From assembly GCA_965278945.1 (NCBI GenBank), contig OZ257128.1, forward strand, positions 600,075 through 664,074: a DNA stretch of 64,000 nt, written 5' to 3'. The notes below the pieces were generated by a model. It was given only the letters and a program-made list of their open reading frames with translations. It made no database searches and was not told where the DNA came from. The position numbers were made by a program, and so were the translations under genes. Below are positions 26,373-36,013 of the stretch, piece after piece. Source of the stretch: Actinomycetes bacterium. Its GTDB lineage: Bacteria > Actinomycetota > Actinomycetes > S36-B12. Every line of letters begins with the position of its first letter. Position 1 is the stretch's first letter.

Positions 26373-27767
26373 GTGACCCCGAGAGTCCCTGCGTTCGTCC
26401 CCCGCGGGCGTAGGGACTCCTCGGCGGAGGCGGGCTTCACGCTGGTCGAGGTCATGGCGGCCGTCGTCATCTTCGTGATCATCTCCACGGCGACCGTCGC
26501 GATCCTCATCCAGGCCCTGCGCGTCGTGCGCGACAACTCCGATCGGGTGATGGCCGCGAGCATCGCCCGCTCAGAGGTCGAGTACCTGCGGACGATCGGC
26601 ACGACCGCCATCCCGATCGGCCTGACCGTCGGGCCGTACCCGGCCGGCCAGAGCGCGTCCTTGCGCGTGGACCCGCGGATGCTCGACCCGAAGTTCACCA
26701 TCAGGACCACGAGTAACTGGGTCGGCCTGAACCAGACGCAGACGGCCTGTGCCGCGTCGTCGCCCGGCCAGGCGTACATGCGGGTGACCGTGGAGGTGAG
26801 CAGCCAGAACCTGGGTCGCCCGGTCACGGTCGACACGGTGATCTTCCCGGAGACCACCTACCAGGTGACCGGCTCGGGCTCGGCGACGGTCGCGCTCATC
26901 GACCAGGTCGGATCGCCGGTCAGCGACGTGCTCGTGCGCGGCATCGACGCGATCCACCCGACCAACAACTTCACCGTGACGAGCGGCACCGACGGCTGTC
27001 TGTACATCCCGAACCTCGTGGCCACCGGATCGCTGGGCGTCACCGTCTCGCGAGCCGGGTACGTCTCGCAGACGCCGACCGGAACGCAGGCGGTCATCCA
27101 GATCACCTCCGGCAACGTCTCGCGCTCATCGTTCAAGCTCGCCGCGGCCGCGACCGTGCAGTTCGCGAGCGCGGACGCGACGTACTCGATCCCGGCCTCG
27201 ATGCCGGTGCAATGGCAGTTCAACACGACCGGCGCGAGCGCCACGGCGGGCGAGGTCGGCACTCCCGCGACCGGTCTGTGGCCTGAGCCGAGCGGGATCT
27301 CCGTCTACCCGGGCTCCTGCGCGGACGCCGACCCGATCTCCTACGGCGTGAGCCGCCAGTCGTTCTCCCTCGACGCGGGCGGGACGTCGGTCGCGACGTT
27401 GCACTCGGCCCCGGTGCGGGTGCGCGGCCTGTCCGCCGACATCCCCGTGACGGCGCGGTATGTCGGTACCGACACCGCCTGCTCGTTCACTCCGTTCGTC
27501 GTGGGCAGGTCGAACAACCAGGGCATCCTGCGCGTCGGGCTGCCCTACGGAGACTGGGAGTTCGTCGCCGGGGGCCAGACTCATCGGCTCGACACGCCGC
27601 TGCGCCCGCTCGGGGACGGCACCCCGCCCGAGCCCTCGGTCGTCGCCTTCACTCTCGCCGACCTGGACAACCCGTGCCCCACTGCGTCGCCCACGCCGAG
27701 CGGCTCGCCAAGTCCCAGCCCCACGCCTACCGGGACGACGTGCCCCAGTCCGTCGTCGACGCCATGA
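26373..27767 (+). CDS. Type IV minor pilin (PilV-like) with large C-terminal domain
   Basis: AEAG|FTLVEVM class III signal; AGGAGG before GTG 26373. Confidence 0.85.
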   Translation: MTPRVPAFVPRGRRDSSAEAGFTLVEVMAAVVIFVIISTATVAILIQALRVVRDNSDRVMAASIARSEVEYLRTIGTTAIPIGLTVGPYPAGQSASLRVDPRMLDPKFTIRTTSNWVGLNQTQTACAASSPGQAYMRVTVEVSSQNLGRPVTVDTVIFPETTYQVTGSGSATVALIDQVGSPVSDVLVRGIDAIHPTNNFTVTSGTDGCLYIPNLVATGSLGVTVSRAGYVSQTPTGTQAVIQITSGNVSRSSFKLAAAATVQFASADATYSIPASMPVQWQFNTTGASATAGEVGTPATGLWPEPSGISVYPGSCADADPISYGVSRQSFSLDAGGTSVATLHSAPVRVRGLSADIPVTARYVGTDTACSFTPFVVGRSNNQGILRVGLPYGDWEFVAGGQTHRLDTPLRPLGDGTPPEPSVVAFTLADLDNPCPTASPTPSGSPSPSPTPTGTTCPSPSSTP

Positions 27768-28438
27768 CCGGGCCAACGACGTCGCCCGACGACCTCCGCG
27801 AACCCGACTCCGGCTTCACCCTTGTCGAGCTCATGGTGGCGATGGGGGTCTTCGCGATCCTCATGACGATCGTCGGCGCCGCCATGCTGACGGGCTTCGT
27901 CGGCGTGCACGATGTAATGGCCCGTTCCGAGACCGGCGCGAGCGCGCGCATCGCGGGGGAGTGGACCAGCAAGCTGCTCCGCTACGCGGACCTGCCCGAG
28001 GGCCAGGCCGCCGCGATCACCGAGGCCAGCCCGACGTCGATCACCTTCTATACGTACTCGGGGACCGGCGCGAAGCACGACGTGCCGTACCGCGCACGTA
28101 TATATAGCGTGATCAATCCCGATGCGACCCGCTCGCTCATGAGCCAGGTGTGGACGCCGACCGCGATCACCGGGGGATGGACCTGGACGGGGACTCCCGT
28201 GACCAGGTCGATGCTCACCCTTCCGAGCACTGCGCTCGGGCCGCTGCTCGTCGAGGTGTGGGTGCGCAATCCCCTCGCCATGCCGGCCGCCGTCGCGCGC
28301 ATCGCCACCCCGACGACCTCAGGGCCCGTGCTACTGGGGGTCGGCGAAGTCCCGGAGTCGGTCGTCCTGCAGATCGGCGACCGGAACGACCCGCGCAACC
28401 TGATCACGCAGCAGATCCGCCTCGGGAACCTCTCGTGA
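27764..28438 (+). CDS. Type IV minor pilin (PilW-like)
   Basis: PDSG|FTLVELM; ATGA overlap. Confidence 0.85.
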   Translation: MTGPTTSPDDLREPDSGFTLVELMVAMGVFAILMTIVGAAMLTGFVGVHDVMARSETGASARIAGEWTSKLLRYADLPEGQAAAITEASPTSITFYTYSGTGAKHDVPYRARIYSVINPDATRSLMSQVWTPTAITGGWTWTGTPVTRSMLTLPSTALGPLLVEVWVRNPLAMPAAVARIATPTTSGPVLLGVGEVPESVVLQIGDRNDPRNLITQQIRLGNLS

Positions 28439-30597
28439 CCAGGCTGCGGATCGCGTGGCGTCGTGCGGAGGGCGACGAGGGCGTCGCGATGCTCCTGGTG
28501 ATCGCGTGGAGCATGGCGCTGATGGCGCTCGCGCTGATCGTTACCCAGGCGGCCATCAACCAGATTCGGCCTTCCGACCAGCCCGAGCAGTCCAGCGCGG
28601 CCTTGGCCGCGGCCGAGGCCGGGATCGACGACTACCGCGCGCGGCTGCTCGCGTCTCCCGCGTACTACCTCAGCCCCGATCCGACGAACGCCGCTCTCAC
28701 CGGGTGGGCGCCAGTCCCAGGAGGCAACACCGACAGCGAGTTCACCTACGCGGTCGACGCCAGCCGCGCCGGGGTCGGCGGTCAGGTGCGACTGATCTCG
28801 ATGGGCCGCTCCGGCGGCGTGACGCGAACGCTCGAGGCGATGATGTCCAAGCGGTCGACTCTCGACTACGTGTACATGAGCGACGTCGAGTCACCGTCGG
28901 CCGACCTGCCGGGTGCGTACAGCACCGCGGCCAACTCCGGCGGCGCCACCGGGATCACCGCGCAGCAGCTCGCCAGGCTCGTCTGCACGCACCGGTTCTA
29001 CGAGACCGGCCAGGTGTCCCCGACCGGGGTCACCCCGCTCACGGGCAAGCAGCGAAACCTGAACTTCTGCCAGTGGGCGGGCATCTACGCCACGGAAAGA
29101 CTGCGCGGCGCGATCCACACCAATGACGTGTGGCGGCTGGACGATGTCAGCCTCGTGAACTCGATCGACGCGAACGCCATCACGTCGTCGTGCCGCAGCA
29201 CGGCGGAGGGGCTGCAGCCCGGTGAGGCGGGATGCTCGGCGACCCACCGCTACATCGAGACGGACTACGGATACGGCAACAACGCGGCCAACGCCACGTG
29301 GTCGTCGAACACCAGGTACCAGGGCGACGCGGCGAATCCCGCGTCCGGCACCGACTACACGGGCCGCAACCCTCGCTATGACTCGGTGCTCGATCTCCCG
29401 CCATCGCCCGCCACCTTGAAGAAGCACGCGAGCGATCTCGGCTGCGTGTTCACCGGCCCGACCCGTATCAGGTTCGCCCAGGAGAGCGGCGTGGGCGTCA
29501 TGTACGTGACGAGCCCCAATACCAAGGAGACCGCGCCGGCCTGCGACGGTGCGGACGGCACGACACTCGACAACGGGACGCCGACCGCGCAGACGACCAA
29601 GCGCATCGTGCTGACCGACCTCACCGGAATCGTCATCTACGTGCAGAACGTCCGACGGGCAACAGAGTCCGACGACCCCGACAATGCGTTCGACCTCACC
29701 AATCGCTGGGCCGTGGGCGCGGAGCCGACCTGCCAGAACAAGTCCGGCACGCGCAAGTACCCCTACGTCATCCCCAACGATGCGACCGACGCCGGCTACT
29801 TCGCAGGAGGCTCCACGTACAAGGGCTTCCCCTCCGAGCTCGCCGATCCCGCCTCGCCCTGGTACGGATCCAGCTGCAGCAGCGGTGACCTGTACGTGCA
29901 GGGCGCGTTCCGCGGGCAGGTGACCTTGGCCACGGAGAACAACGTGATTCTCACGAGCAGCCTCATCGACTCCCAGCAGACACCGGCAACGACCACGGGC
30001 CAGCCCCTCGCCTCGTCGCAGAGCACGATCGGCGTGGTGTCGAGCAAGTTCACCTACATCTACCGGCCGTTCACCGCGTCGAACGCGTGGGTCGGGGACT
30101 GGCGGGTCGCGAACGCGACCGACGTGAAGTTCAACTTCGCGATGCTCGCCATCGACCAGTGCTTCGCGACCCAGGATCCGTACTACGGCGCACGCAACGG
30201 CAACCTGTACCTGTGGGGCTCGATCGCGCAGAAGTACCGATGCGTCGTCGGCTCCACGGGCGGCTACAACAAGCAGTACTCCTATGACACGCGCCTGGCC
30301 CGTCGAACTCCGCCCTACATGCTCGAGCTGTCCAACGAGCCGTGGCAGGACAACCGGATCGGCGAGGTCTCGCCCCTCACGCAGCCCGTCGGCATGACAA
30401 CGTGGCCGCTGCTCTATGCCGACGACATCGGAGCGACGGTCAGCAATGTCGCCGTCGCGGCCGGACCGGCGACCGTCGCGGCCGTCGGCACGTCGGCGAG
30501 GGTCACCGCCACCGGGCCGGGGCTCGTCATCGTCTCGTACACGATCACGACCAGCGGCCTGGCGGACTACCGCCGTTTGGTCATCCATGTCGAGTAG
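28435..30597 (+). CDS. PilX-like minor pilin with large extracellular domain
   Basis: GDEG|VAMLLVI without Glu5, A..AAEAGI motif; GTGA overlap. Confidence 0.75.
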   Translation: MTRLRIAWRRAEGDEGVAMLLVIAWSMALMALALIVTQAAINQIRPSDQPEQSSAALAAAEAGIDDYRARLLASPAYYLSPDPTNAALTGWAPVPGGNTDSEFTYAVDASRAGVGGQVRLISMGRSGGVTRTLEAMMSKRSTLDYVYMSDVESPSADLPGAYSTAANSGGATGITAQQLARLVCTHRFYETGQVSPTGVTPLTGKQRNLNFCQWAGIYATERLRGAIHTNDVWRLDDVSLVNSIDANAITSSCRSTAEGLQPGEAGCSATHRYIETDYGYGNNAANATWSSNTRYQGDAANPASGTDYTGRNPRYDSVLDLPPSPATLKKHASDLGCVFTGPTRIRFAQESGVGVMYVTSPNTKETAPACDGADGTTLDNGTPTAQTTKRIVLTDLTGIVIYVQNVRRATESDDPDNAFDLTNRWAVGAEPTCQNKSGTRKYPYVIPNDATDAGYFAGGSTYKGFPSELADPASPWYGSSCSSGDLYVQGAFRGQVTLATENNVILTSSLIDSQQTPATTTGQPLASSQSTIGVVSSKFTYIYRPFTASNAWVGDWRVANATDVKFNFAMLAIDQCFATQDPYYGARNGNLYLWGSIAQKYRCVVGSTGGYNKQYSYDTRLARRTPPYMLELSNEPWQDNRIGEVSPLTQPVGMTTWPLLYADDIGATVSNVAVAAGPATVAAVGTSARVTATGPGLVIVSYTITTSGLADYRRLVIHVE

Positions 30598-30603
30598 GCG
30601 AGA

Positions 30604-31428
30604 GTGAGCGCGGCCGTGGCTATCCTGCGAAGCGTGGACAAGACGGGCCCGAGCTCGGCAGAGGAGTTCTTCAGCCGACGCCTCGGCGATGCGCAGACGC
30701 TGCTCGCCGCCTCTCGTCGGCATGCGGCCGAGGGGGATGCGGTCGGTGCGCTCGCGACGGCGATCGGCTCTGACCTGGCAACTCTGCAGGCCCTGCTGTG
30801 GGAGCGGATCAACATGGCGCCGCGCGCTCCCCAGCGGCAGATGTTCCAGGCGGCGGAGGCTCTCACCGCGGAGATGTCCGGGTTCGCAGCCGAGGAGACA
30901 CTCCCGGGCGCTTCGCTGGCCGAGCTCATCATCGAGACCCGACGTCGCATGATGTCCGCGCTCGACGAGGCACTCGTCGCCGAGGTCGCCAGCCGCTGGT
31001 CGGACGTCGGGTTCTTGTCGACCTTCGCCGCGCCGACGTCCGACGACCTCGCCGAGTCCCTTGCCCGCCGCACCGGCGACCTGCCGGTATCGGAGTTCAT
31101 CCTGCAGCGCCGGTCGGCTGCGGCGCGAAGCATGCAGCAGGCCCAGGCCAGTCGAGTGCGCGGGGCGACCTCGGAGGCGATCACCGCGGCGTACGACAGC
31201 GACTTCCTGTCCCTCGAGGCGTACCTGGCCGAGTCGGCGTGGGTGCTGGGGGACACGTGGCTGTTCACCGCGGTGTCGCGATGGGACCTGGTCACCAGCG
31301 CGGTGGCGGAGATCACCCGACTGCCCGACGGCTTCGTCGACGCGGTCGCCCTGGTGCGGCGCTCGATGACGGCGGCGCTCGGAGATGCCGACGGCGGCCG
31401 CCTGGCCGAGGTCTTCGAGCCGGTCTAA
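30604..31428 (+). CDS. Hypothetical alpha-helical protein at the end of the minor pilin operon
   Basis: 6-nt gap from the PilX-like gene; GC3-rich coding pattern; no motif recognised. Confidence 0.6.
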   Translation: MSAAVAILRSVDKTGPSSAEEFFSRRLGDAQTLLAASRRHAAEGDAVGALATAIGSDLATLQALLWERINMAPRAPQRQMFQAAEALTAEMSGFAAEETLPGASLAELIIETRRRMMSALDEALVAEVASRWSDVGFLSTFAAPTSDDLAESLARRTGDLPVSEFILQRRSAAARSMQQAQASRVRGATSEAITAAYDSDFLSLEAYLAESAWVLGDTWLFTAVSRWDLVTSAVAEITRLPDGFVDAVALVRRSMTAALGDADGGRLAEVFEPV

Positions 31429-31457
31429 CCCCGCCCCGTTCCGCCCCAGACCCCCCG

Positions 31458-31515
31458 CGAGTGGGCAGTTGTCGGGGTCGAAACCGCAGGTTTCACCCCG
31501 ACAACTGCCCACTCG
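31458..31515. repeat. Intact REP-like hairpin family A (possible terminator)
   Basis: cgagtgggcagttgtcgggg..gaaacc-gca-ggtttc..ccccgacaactgcccactcg, between convergent genes. Confidence 0.9.
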
Positions 31516-32107
31516 GGTGGGCGTTCAGCTCCCAGTACTCGATGTCGACGTACGACGTCAGTCCGGGCATCTTCAGCCGGTACCGGTACTCGCCGTCGCA
31601 CCACGACTGGTTCGCGCAATAGGGGTCGATCGGGATGATCGCGGTGCCGTCCGCGTCTGGACGGGCGACCCACTCGGCATTCCACTCGCCCTCCTGCTCG
31701 AACTCCAGGTACAGCAGTCCGGCCTGATCCGGCCCAACGTTGACCTTCATCGTCGGCAATCGCTTCCCGCTCGCATACGTACTCGACTCGAAGACCCGGT
31801 CGAGGTCGGTGCCGGTGTCGCTCCATTTCCAGTCGAGCTCGCCGGCCGCAGCCCTCTTGCCTTCGGAGAGCTGCTTCTTGTCAGCGGTGCCAATGTTTGA
31901 GGCCGCGACAACGAGAGTGGTGGGGAGGATGACGGCGATCAAAGTTGCTGCGAGAGTCGCGCCGATAGTTACCAGCGGACGGCTGCGGTACGAGAGCCGG
32001 ACGGCCCGCTCCGGGTTGCTCCACCGGCGCACTCGGTTGCCCTCTGCGTCGTAGTCCTTCGATCGTCTGAGGGGATGGTCGGGACTTCGACGTTCGTGCG
32101 TATTCAT
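31493..32107 (-). CDS. Hypothetical membrane-anchored/secreted protein
   Basis: Hydrophobic segment followed by a beta-rich domain with a Cys pair; stop codon lies inside the hairpin. Confidence 0.55.
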   Translation of the reverse strand: MNTHERRSPDHPLRRSKDYDAEGNRVRRWSNPERAVRLSYRSRPLVTIGATLAATLIAVILPTTLVVAASNIGTADKKQLSEGKRAAAGELDWKWSDTGTDLDRVFESSTYASGKRLPTMKVNVGPDQAGLLYLEFEQEGEWNAEWVARPDADGTAIIPIDPYCANQSWCDGEYRYRLKMPGLTSYVDIEYWELNAHPSGQLSG

Positions 32108-32228
32108 TTGTGGACGTCCAGACCGGCATGGTTCGCGAACGAGCGCGGATCTTGAAAGTAACCCTGATTCGCCGTTCTGAACCAGTTTGGCTCCAAACCG
32201 TTACGTGCCGCCGATTACGACCCTGGGG

Positions 32229-33098
32229 TCAACGACGAGTGAACGCGGCGTTCACCAGATCGACCATGCGCTCGGGGTTCTTCAGGTCCGCCGCGGTGAA
32301 CACGACGATCGTCCATCCCGCGGCCTGGAGCAGGTTACGTCGTAATGCATCTTTTCGACGTTGCTCCTCCGGGAGGTGCACGATTCCGTCGTACTCCGCG
32401 ATCACGCGTTCGCGCCGCCACACCAAGTCGGGACGGGCAAGCCACTCCCCGTTCTCAACGATGTTCACGTTGCACTCGGGCTTGGGCACTCTGCGAAGGA
32501 CGAGCACACAGCGCGCCTGCGATTCCCCCGGCGACTCTGAGTCCGGATCGAGGATCGGCAATGCCACCCGGGCCGACTTCACGCCTCGACGCCCGCGCGC
32601 CCAGCGGATGATCGAGTCGAGTTCAGCAGCCGTGGCGAGCCTCCTTCGAAATAGCACGTCACCCATCGCAACGAGATGCTCGATCGGTACGAGCTCGGCG
32701 CAGTCGATCCAGGTCCGCGCCGGAGTAGTGACTCGCCGACCTTCATGCACGACGAGGTGCCGCGCAGGGAGCTCCAATCGACGGCCGCGGACGCCATTCC
32801 TGCGTTGGCGGGAGCCTCCGCGGACAACGGCCACGCCGACCGCGCGATTCTCCAGTTCAAGGCCGATCCACGGCGGCAAGGGCAGTCCCCAATGCTGAGC
32901 AGCGGAGACGTCACAGAGAACGGAAACGTCTGCCTTGGTGAGTAGCGCGGCGTCAGTCAGCGCGTCGAGTCGGTCTGGTTCATCGACTCGGAATCGCACC
33001 CCTCGCGATGGTGCAACGAATCGAGGGCCCCGAAGCTCGTCCGGGGATAGTCCGGGTGCGCCAGCCGCAGTGACGAGGAATGCTGATCTCGGTTCCAT
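32229..33098 (-). CDS. AbiEi-like/DUF559 (Vsr-like PD-(D/E)xK) endonuclease-family protein
   Basis: TTPARTWIDC, ESPGESQAR, PDLVW..VIAEYDG..H, D..R.N.L...GW. Confidence 0.78.
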   Translation of the reverse strand: MEPRSAFLVTAAGAPGLSPDELRGPRFVAPSRGVRFRVDEPDRLDALTDAALLTKADVSVLCDVSAAQHWGLPLPPWIGLELENRAVGVAVVRGGSRQRRNGVRGRRLELPARHLVVHEGRRVTTPARTWIDCAELVPIEHLVAMGDVLFRRRLATAAELDSIIRWARGRRGVKSARVALPILDPDSESPGESQARCVLVLRRVPKPECNVNIVENGEWLARPDLVWRRERVIAEYDGIVHLPEEQRRKDALRRNLLQAAGWTIVVFTAADLKNPERMVDLVNAAFTRR

Positions 33099-33191
33099 CC
33101 TCGAATTGAGCCGCGACGGGGCCGTCGCGGCGAGGGCTCATCTGCGGCCTGTGGTGCTCCGGCGGAGGCTGTGGATACCCGGAACGCCGAT

Positions 33192-33248
33192 CGAGTGGGC
33201 AGTTGTCGGGCTGAAACCGCAGGTTTCACCCCGACAACTGCCCACTCG
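33192..33248. repeat. Intact REP-like hairpin family A
   Basis: cgagtgggcagttgtcggg.tgaaacc-gca-ggtttcaccccgacaactgcccactcg, nearly identical to 31458-31515. Confidence 0.9.
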
Positions 33249-33279
33249 CGGAAGGGGCGAGGAGCGGGGGAGGACGGGG

Positions 33280-33981
33280 CTAGACGCCCGCGTCGTCGAT
33301 GACCTGCTGCACCGCGGCGACGAGGTCGGGCAGCTTGGACTGCAGGACGAACATCGAACCGGTCACGTCCAGGCTCTGCCCGGCTCCGCTGGCGGTGGGC
33401 GCATTCTCCGGCCCACCGTTGGCCGACTGACTCAGGTCGGTGAGACCGGTCGCGGTCACGAGCACCGCGCGATCGAGACCCTGCAGGTTGTCGAGGAAGG
33501 CAAGCAGGCTAGCCCGGTCTCCGTTGACGGTTACGTCGATATCGAGTTGGGCCAGCTCGACGCCGAGCCCCTTCGCCGCAGCGCCAGCCGCCGACTCCGG
33601 ATCGGCGCCGGTCGTCTCGTCGCCAGTGAGGGAGCGGGGAACGGACGCGTTGATGACGGAGATCTGGTTCGCCCCGATGCCGGCGCGACTCGCTGCGTCG
33701 ATGATGCTCAGCAGGACATCGGGAAGCTCGGCCTGCTGCGGCATCGACTCGAACAATGCCTGCGCATCGGCCGCCGCCTGGGTTGCCGACGCCGCCTGCT
33801 CGACGGTCTGCCGGTAGCGCCCCTGCATCGCGGTCGTCGCCGAATCGACCTGCTCAGCCTGCGCGGCAATGTCCGTCGCGTTGGCGATGCGCGGTGAAAG
33901 GACGAGGAACCACGAGACTGCCGCGAATACGAGCAGGATCAAGACTCCCAAGGCGACGTGAGTGCGCACGCGGGTCGTCAC
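33280..33981 (-). CDS. pilO: Type IV pilus assembly protein PilO
   Basis: Single N-terminal TM, coiled coil, MPQQAELP, FLDNLQGLDRAVLV; follows pilN. Confidence 0.75.
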   Translation of the reverse strand: MTTRVRTHVALGVLILLVFAAVSWFLVLSPRIANATDIAAQAEQVDSATTAMQGRYRQTVEQAASATQAAADAQALFESMPQQAELPDVLLSIIDAASRAGIGANQISVINASVPRSLTGDETTGADPESAAGAAAKGLGVELAQLDIDVTVNGDRASLLAFLDNLQGLDRAVLVTATGLTDLSQSANGGPENAPTASGAGQSLDVTGSMFVLQSKLPDLVAAVQQVIDDAGV

Positions 33982-34763
33982 GGCGACTCCTCCTCGGCAG
34001 GGGCAGGCGGAGCGATGATCGCCGCGATCTGCTCGTCGGTCAGGTCAGTCTTGAGGGCGTCGATGGACAGCCCCGCTGTCCCGGTGAAGGTGATGCCGCT
34101 CGCCGAATCATCGCTGGACTCGGTGACGGTCGAGCTGTTGACGTACGGTCCGACGAACAGCGGGTCAGCAGCCATTGCATTGAGCATCGCGGATACCTGG
34201 TCGCGCGTGTTCGCCGCTCCGCTGAAGGTGACGCAGCCGATAGTGATGTCCGTCGCGAAGGGATCCGGATTGGGGCACGGGTTGATCTCCTCGCCTACCG
34301 ACGGAACACCCCTGTACTCGATCGCGATGCTGGTGAACTCCACAGGAGCACCACCTCCGCCCGTGCCGGTCGCGACCATGCGGTTGATCACCAGGGCCGC
34401 CTGCGGCTCGGAGGCCAAGGTGGTCGCCACCAGTTCCTGCTCGTTCGTGATCTGGTCGTACATCTGCTTGATGGGCGCGAGCGCCTCGACGCGAGCGCTG
34501 ACGGACGCGCTCGCCGCCTGCGCTTCGTCGAGCTTCGCCTGCGCGTCTGCGATCTGGTTGCTCTGCATGTACCAGATCGCAGAGAAGCCAAGAACGAGGA
34601 GGACGGCGACCGCGATGAAGTAGCGGTGGATGCGCCGGAGGGTGAACGACTCGGCAACCGATGCAGGCAGGAGGTTGACGCGCGGCAGAGTGCGCGCGAA
34701 TGGCGGGTGGTCGACCTCGTCGTCGCGCGTGGTCGGGCGGGTTCCCTCGGCAGTGGCAGTCAC
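33978..34763 (-). CDS. pilN: Type IV pilus assembly protein PilN
   Basis: VNLLP motif before TM; follows pilM. Confidence 0.8.
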   Translation of the reverse strand: MTATAEGTRPTTRDDEVDHPPFARTLPRVNLLPASVAESFTLRRIHRYFIAVAVLLVLGFSAIWYMQSNQIADAQAKLDEAQAASASVSARVEALAPIKQMYDQITNEQELVATTLASEPQAALVINRMVATGTGGGGAPVEFTSIAIEYRGVPSVGEEINPCPNPDPFATDITIGCVTFSGAANTRDQVSAMLNAMAADPLFVGPYVNSSTVTESSDDSASGITFTGTAGLSIDALKTDLTDEQIAAIIAPPAPAEEESP

Positions 34764-34765
34764 GT

Positions 34766-35908
34766 TCAGGCCCCCATCGCCAGGCCCGCGGCCACGACGA
34801 GCCGGCTGTCGGAGCCGTAGCGCTTGGACACCTTGCGACTGGCAGGCAGGCCGAGGAGCGGATCGAGCGTGCGCACGGGAAGCGGAATCTGCGAGGCGAT
34901 CCGCTCGAGCATCCCGGTCAGCAGGCAGCTGCGGCCCGTCAGCGTGAGCGACTGGATAGGCGACGACGGATCCGACGCCTGGAAGTAGTCAAGGGAGTTG
35001 CGCACCTCGCCGATAACCCGAGTCGCCCACGCGCCGAGAGCCTCGACCGTGGCTGCATCGCGAGGGTTCGCGGCGTGCCCGCTCGCCGATGCAGCGTCGG
35101 TGAACACGCTCGACTCCGCGATCGACGCGATAACGGGCGCCGGCCCGTTCAGTCCGCTTTCGCGCTTGAGTCGCTCGGCATCGGTCGCGGACACGTGAAG
35201 TCGCTCGATGAGCACCGTTGTCGCGACCTCGCCGCCGAGACTGGAGATCGTGCGGACAAAGCGAGGCTGCCCGCCCTGATGGATCGCGACGGTCAACTGG
35301 TCTGCACCGAGGTCGGCAACTGCGTGGACGCCGTCGTCCTGGGGCAGCTGGCCGCCGCACGCGGCGCGGATCAGGGCGAATGCGATCGTGTCGGCGACCA
35401 TCGGCTGAAGCCTCGCCTTGCGTGCGACCTCGGCCTCAGCGGTCACCGCATCGGTGGCGGCAGCAACGATGAGGATGCGGTTGACGTCGACGGGCTGGCC
35501 GTGATCATCGGTGCGCTCCACCTCGCCGAGCAGGTGGTAGTCGAGCTCGACGGTCGACAGGTCGACGGGCAGTGCTTCGCTGACCTGGTAGCGAAGAGCG
35601 GCCCGGAAGTCGTCGGGCGGCATCCACGGCAGGTCGACCTGACGGGTCAGCACGCTGCCGTCGGCGAGCCCGATGACTACCTTGCGCGTGGAGAAGCGGC
35701 CCTTGCGCCAGAGCTGACGCAGCGCCTTGACCACCGCGGCCTGGTCCGTGACCGTGCCGTTGTGGACAGCCCCGCGCGGCAGGTCGACGCTGGCGGCCTT
35801 CGTGATGCGATACGCCCCGGACCGCCGGTGCCTCTTCAACTGCACGCCGCGCACGCCGCTGGCCCCGATATCCACGCCGACAAAAGTGGACGCGGTCGTA
35901 TCCACCAT
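34766..35908 (-). CDS. pilM: Type IV pilus assembly protein PilM
   Basis: VGVDIGASGVR actin-like fold, VADLGA..TV, EVRNSLDYF; GGAGG before ATG 35908. Confidence 0.9.
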   Translation of the reverse strand: MVDTTASTFVGVDIGASGVRGVQLKRHRRSGAYRITKAASVDLPRGAVHNGTVTDQAAVVKALRQLWRKGRFSTRKVVIGLADGSVLTRQVDLPWMPPDDFRAALRYQVSEALPVDLSTVELDYHLLGEVERTDDHGQPVDVNRILIVAAATDAVTAEAEVARKARLQPMVADTIAFALIRAACGGQLPQDDGVHAVADLGADQLTVAIHQGGQPRFVRTISSLGGEVATTVLIERLHVSATDAERLKRESGLNGPAPVIASIAESSVFTDAASASGHAANPRDAATVEALGAWATRVIGEVRNSLDYFQASDPSSPIQSLTLTGRSCLLTGMLERIASQIPLPVRTLDPLLGLPASRKVSKRYGSDSRLVVAAGLAMGA

Positions 35909-36013
35909 CTGTTCGCCTCCAGTCGGTCCGGTCTCAGCCCGAATATCGGCCCGATCCGTCGGCGGATGACCGTGCCGGGGCCGAAAGGGCGTTCGTGAGC
36001 CGAAACCCTCGGT

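Noticed and set aside
28891-31512. 873-aa minus-strand ORF
   Set aside because: Antisense shadow of the PilX-like and downstream genes; no motifs; expected in high-GC DNA
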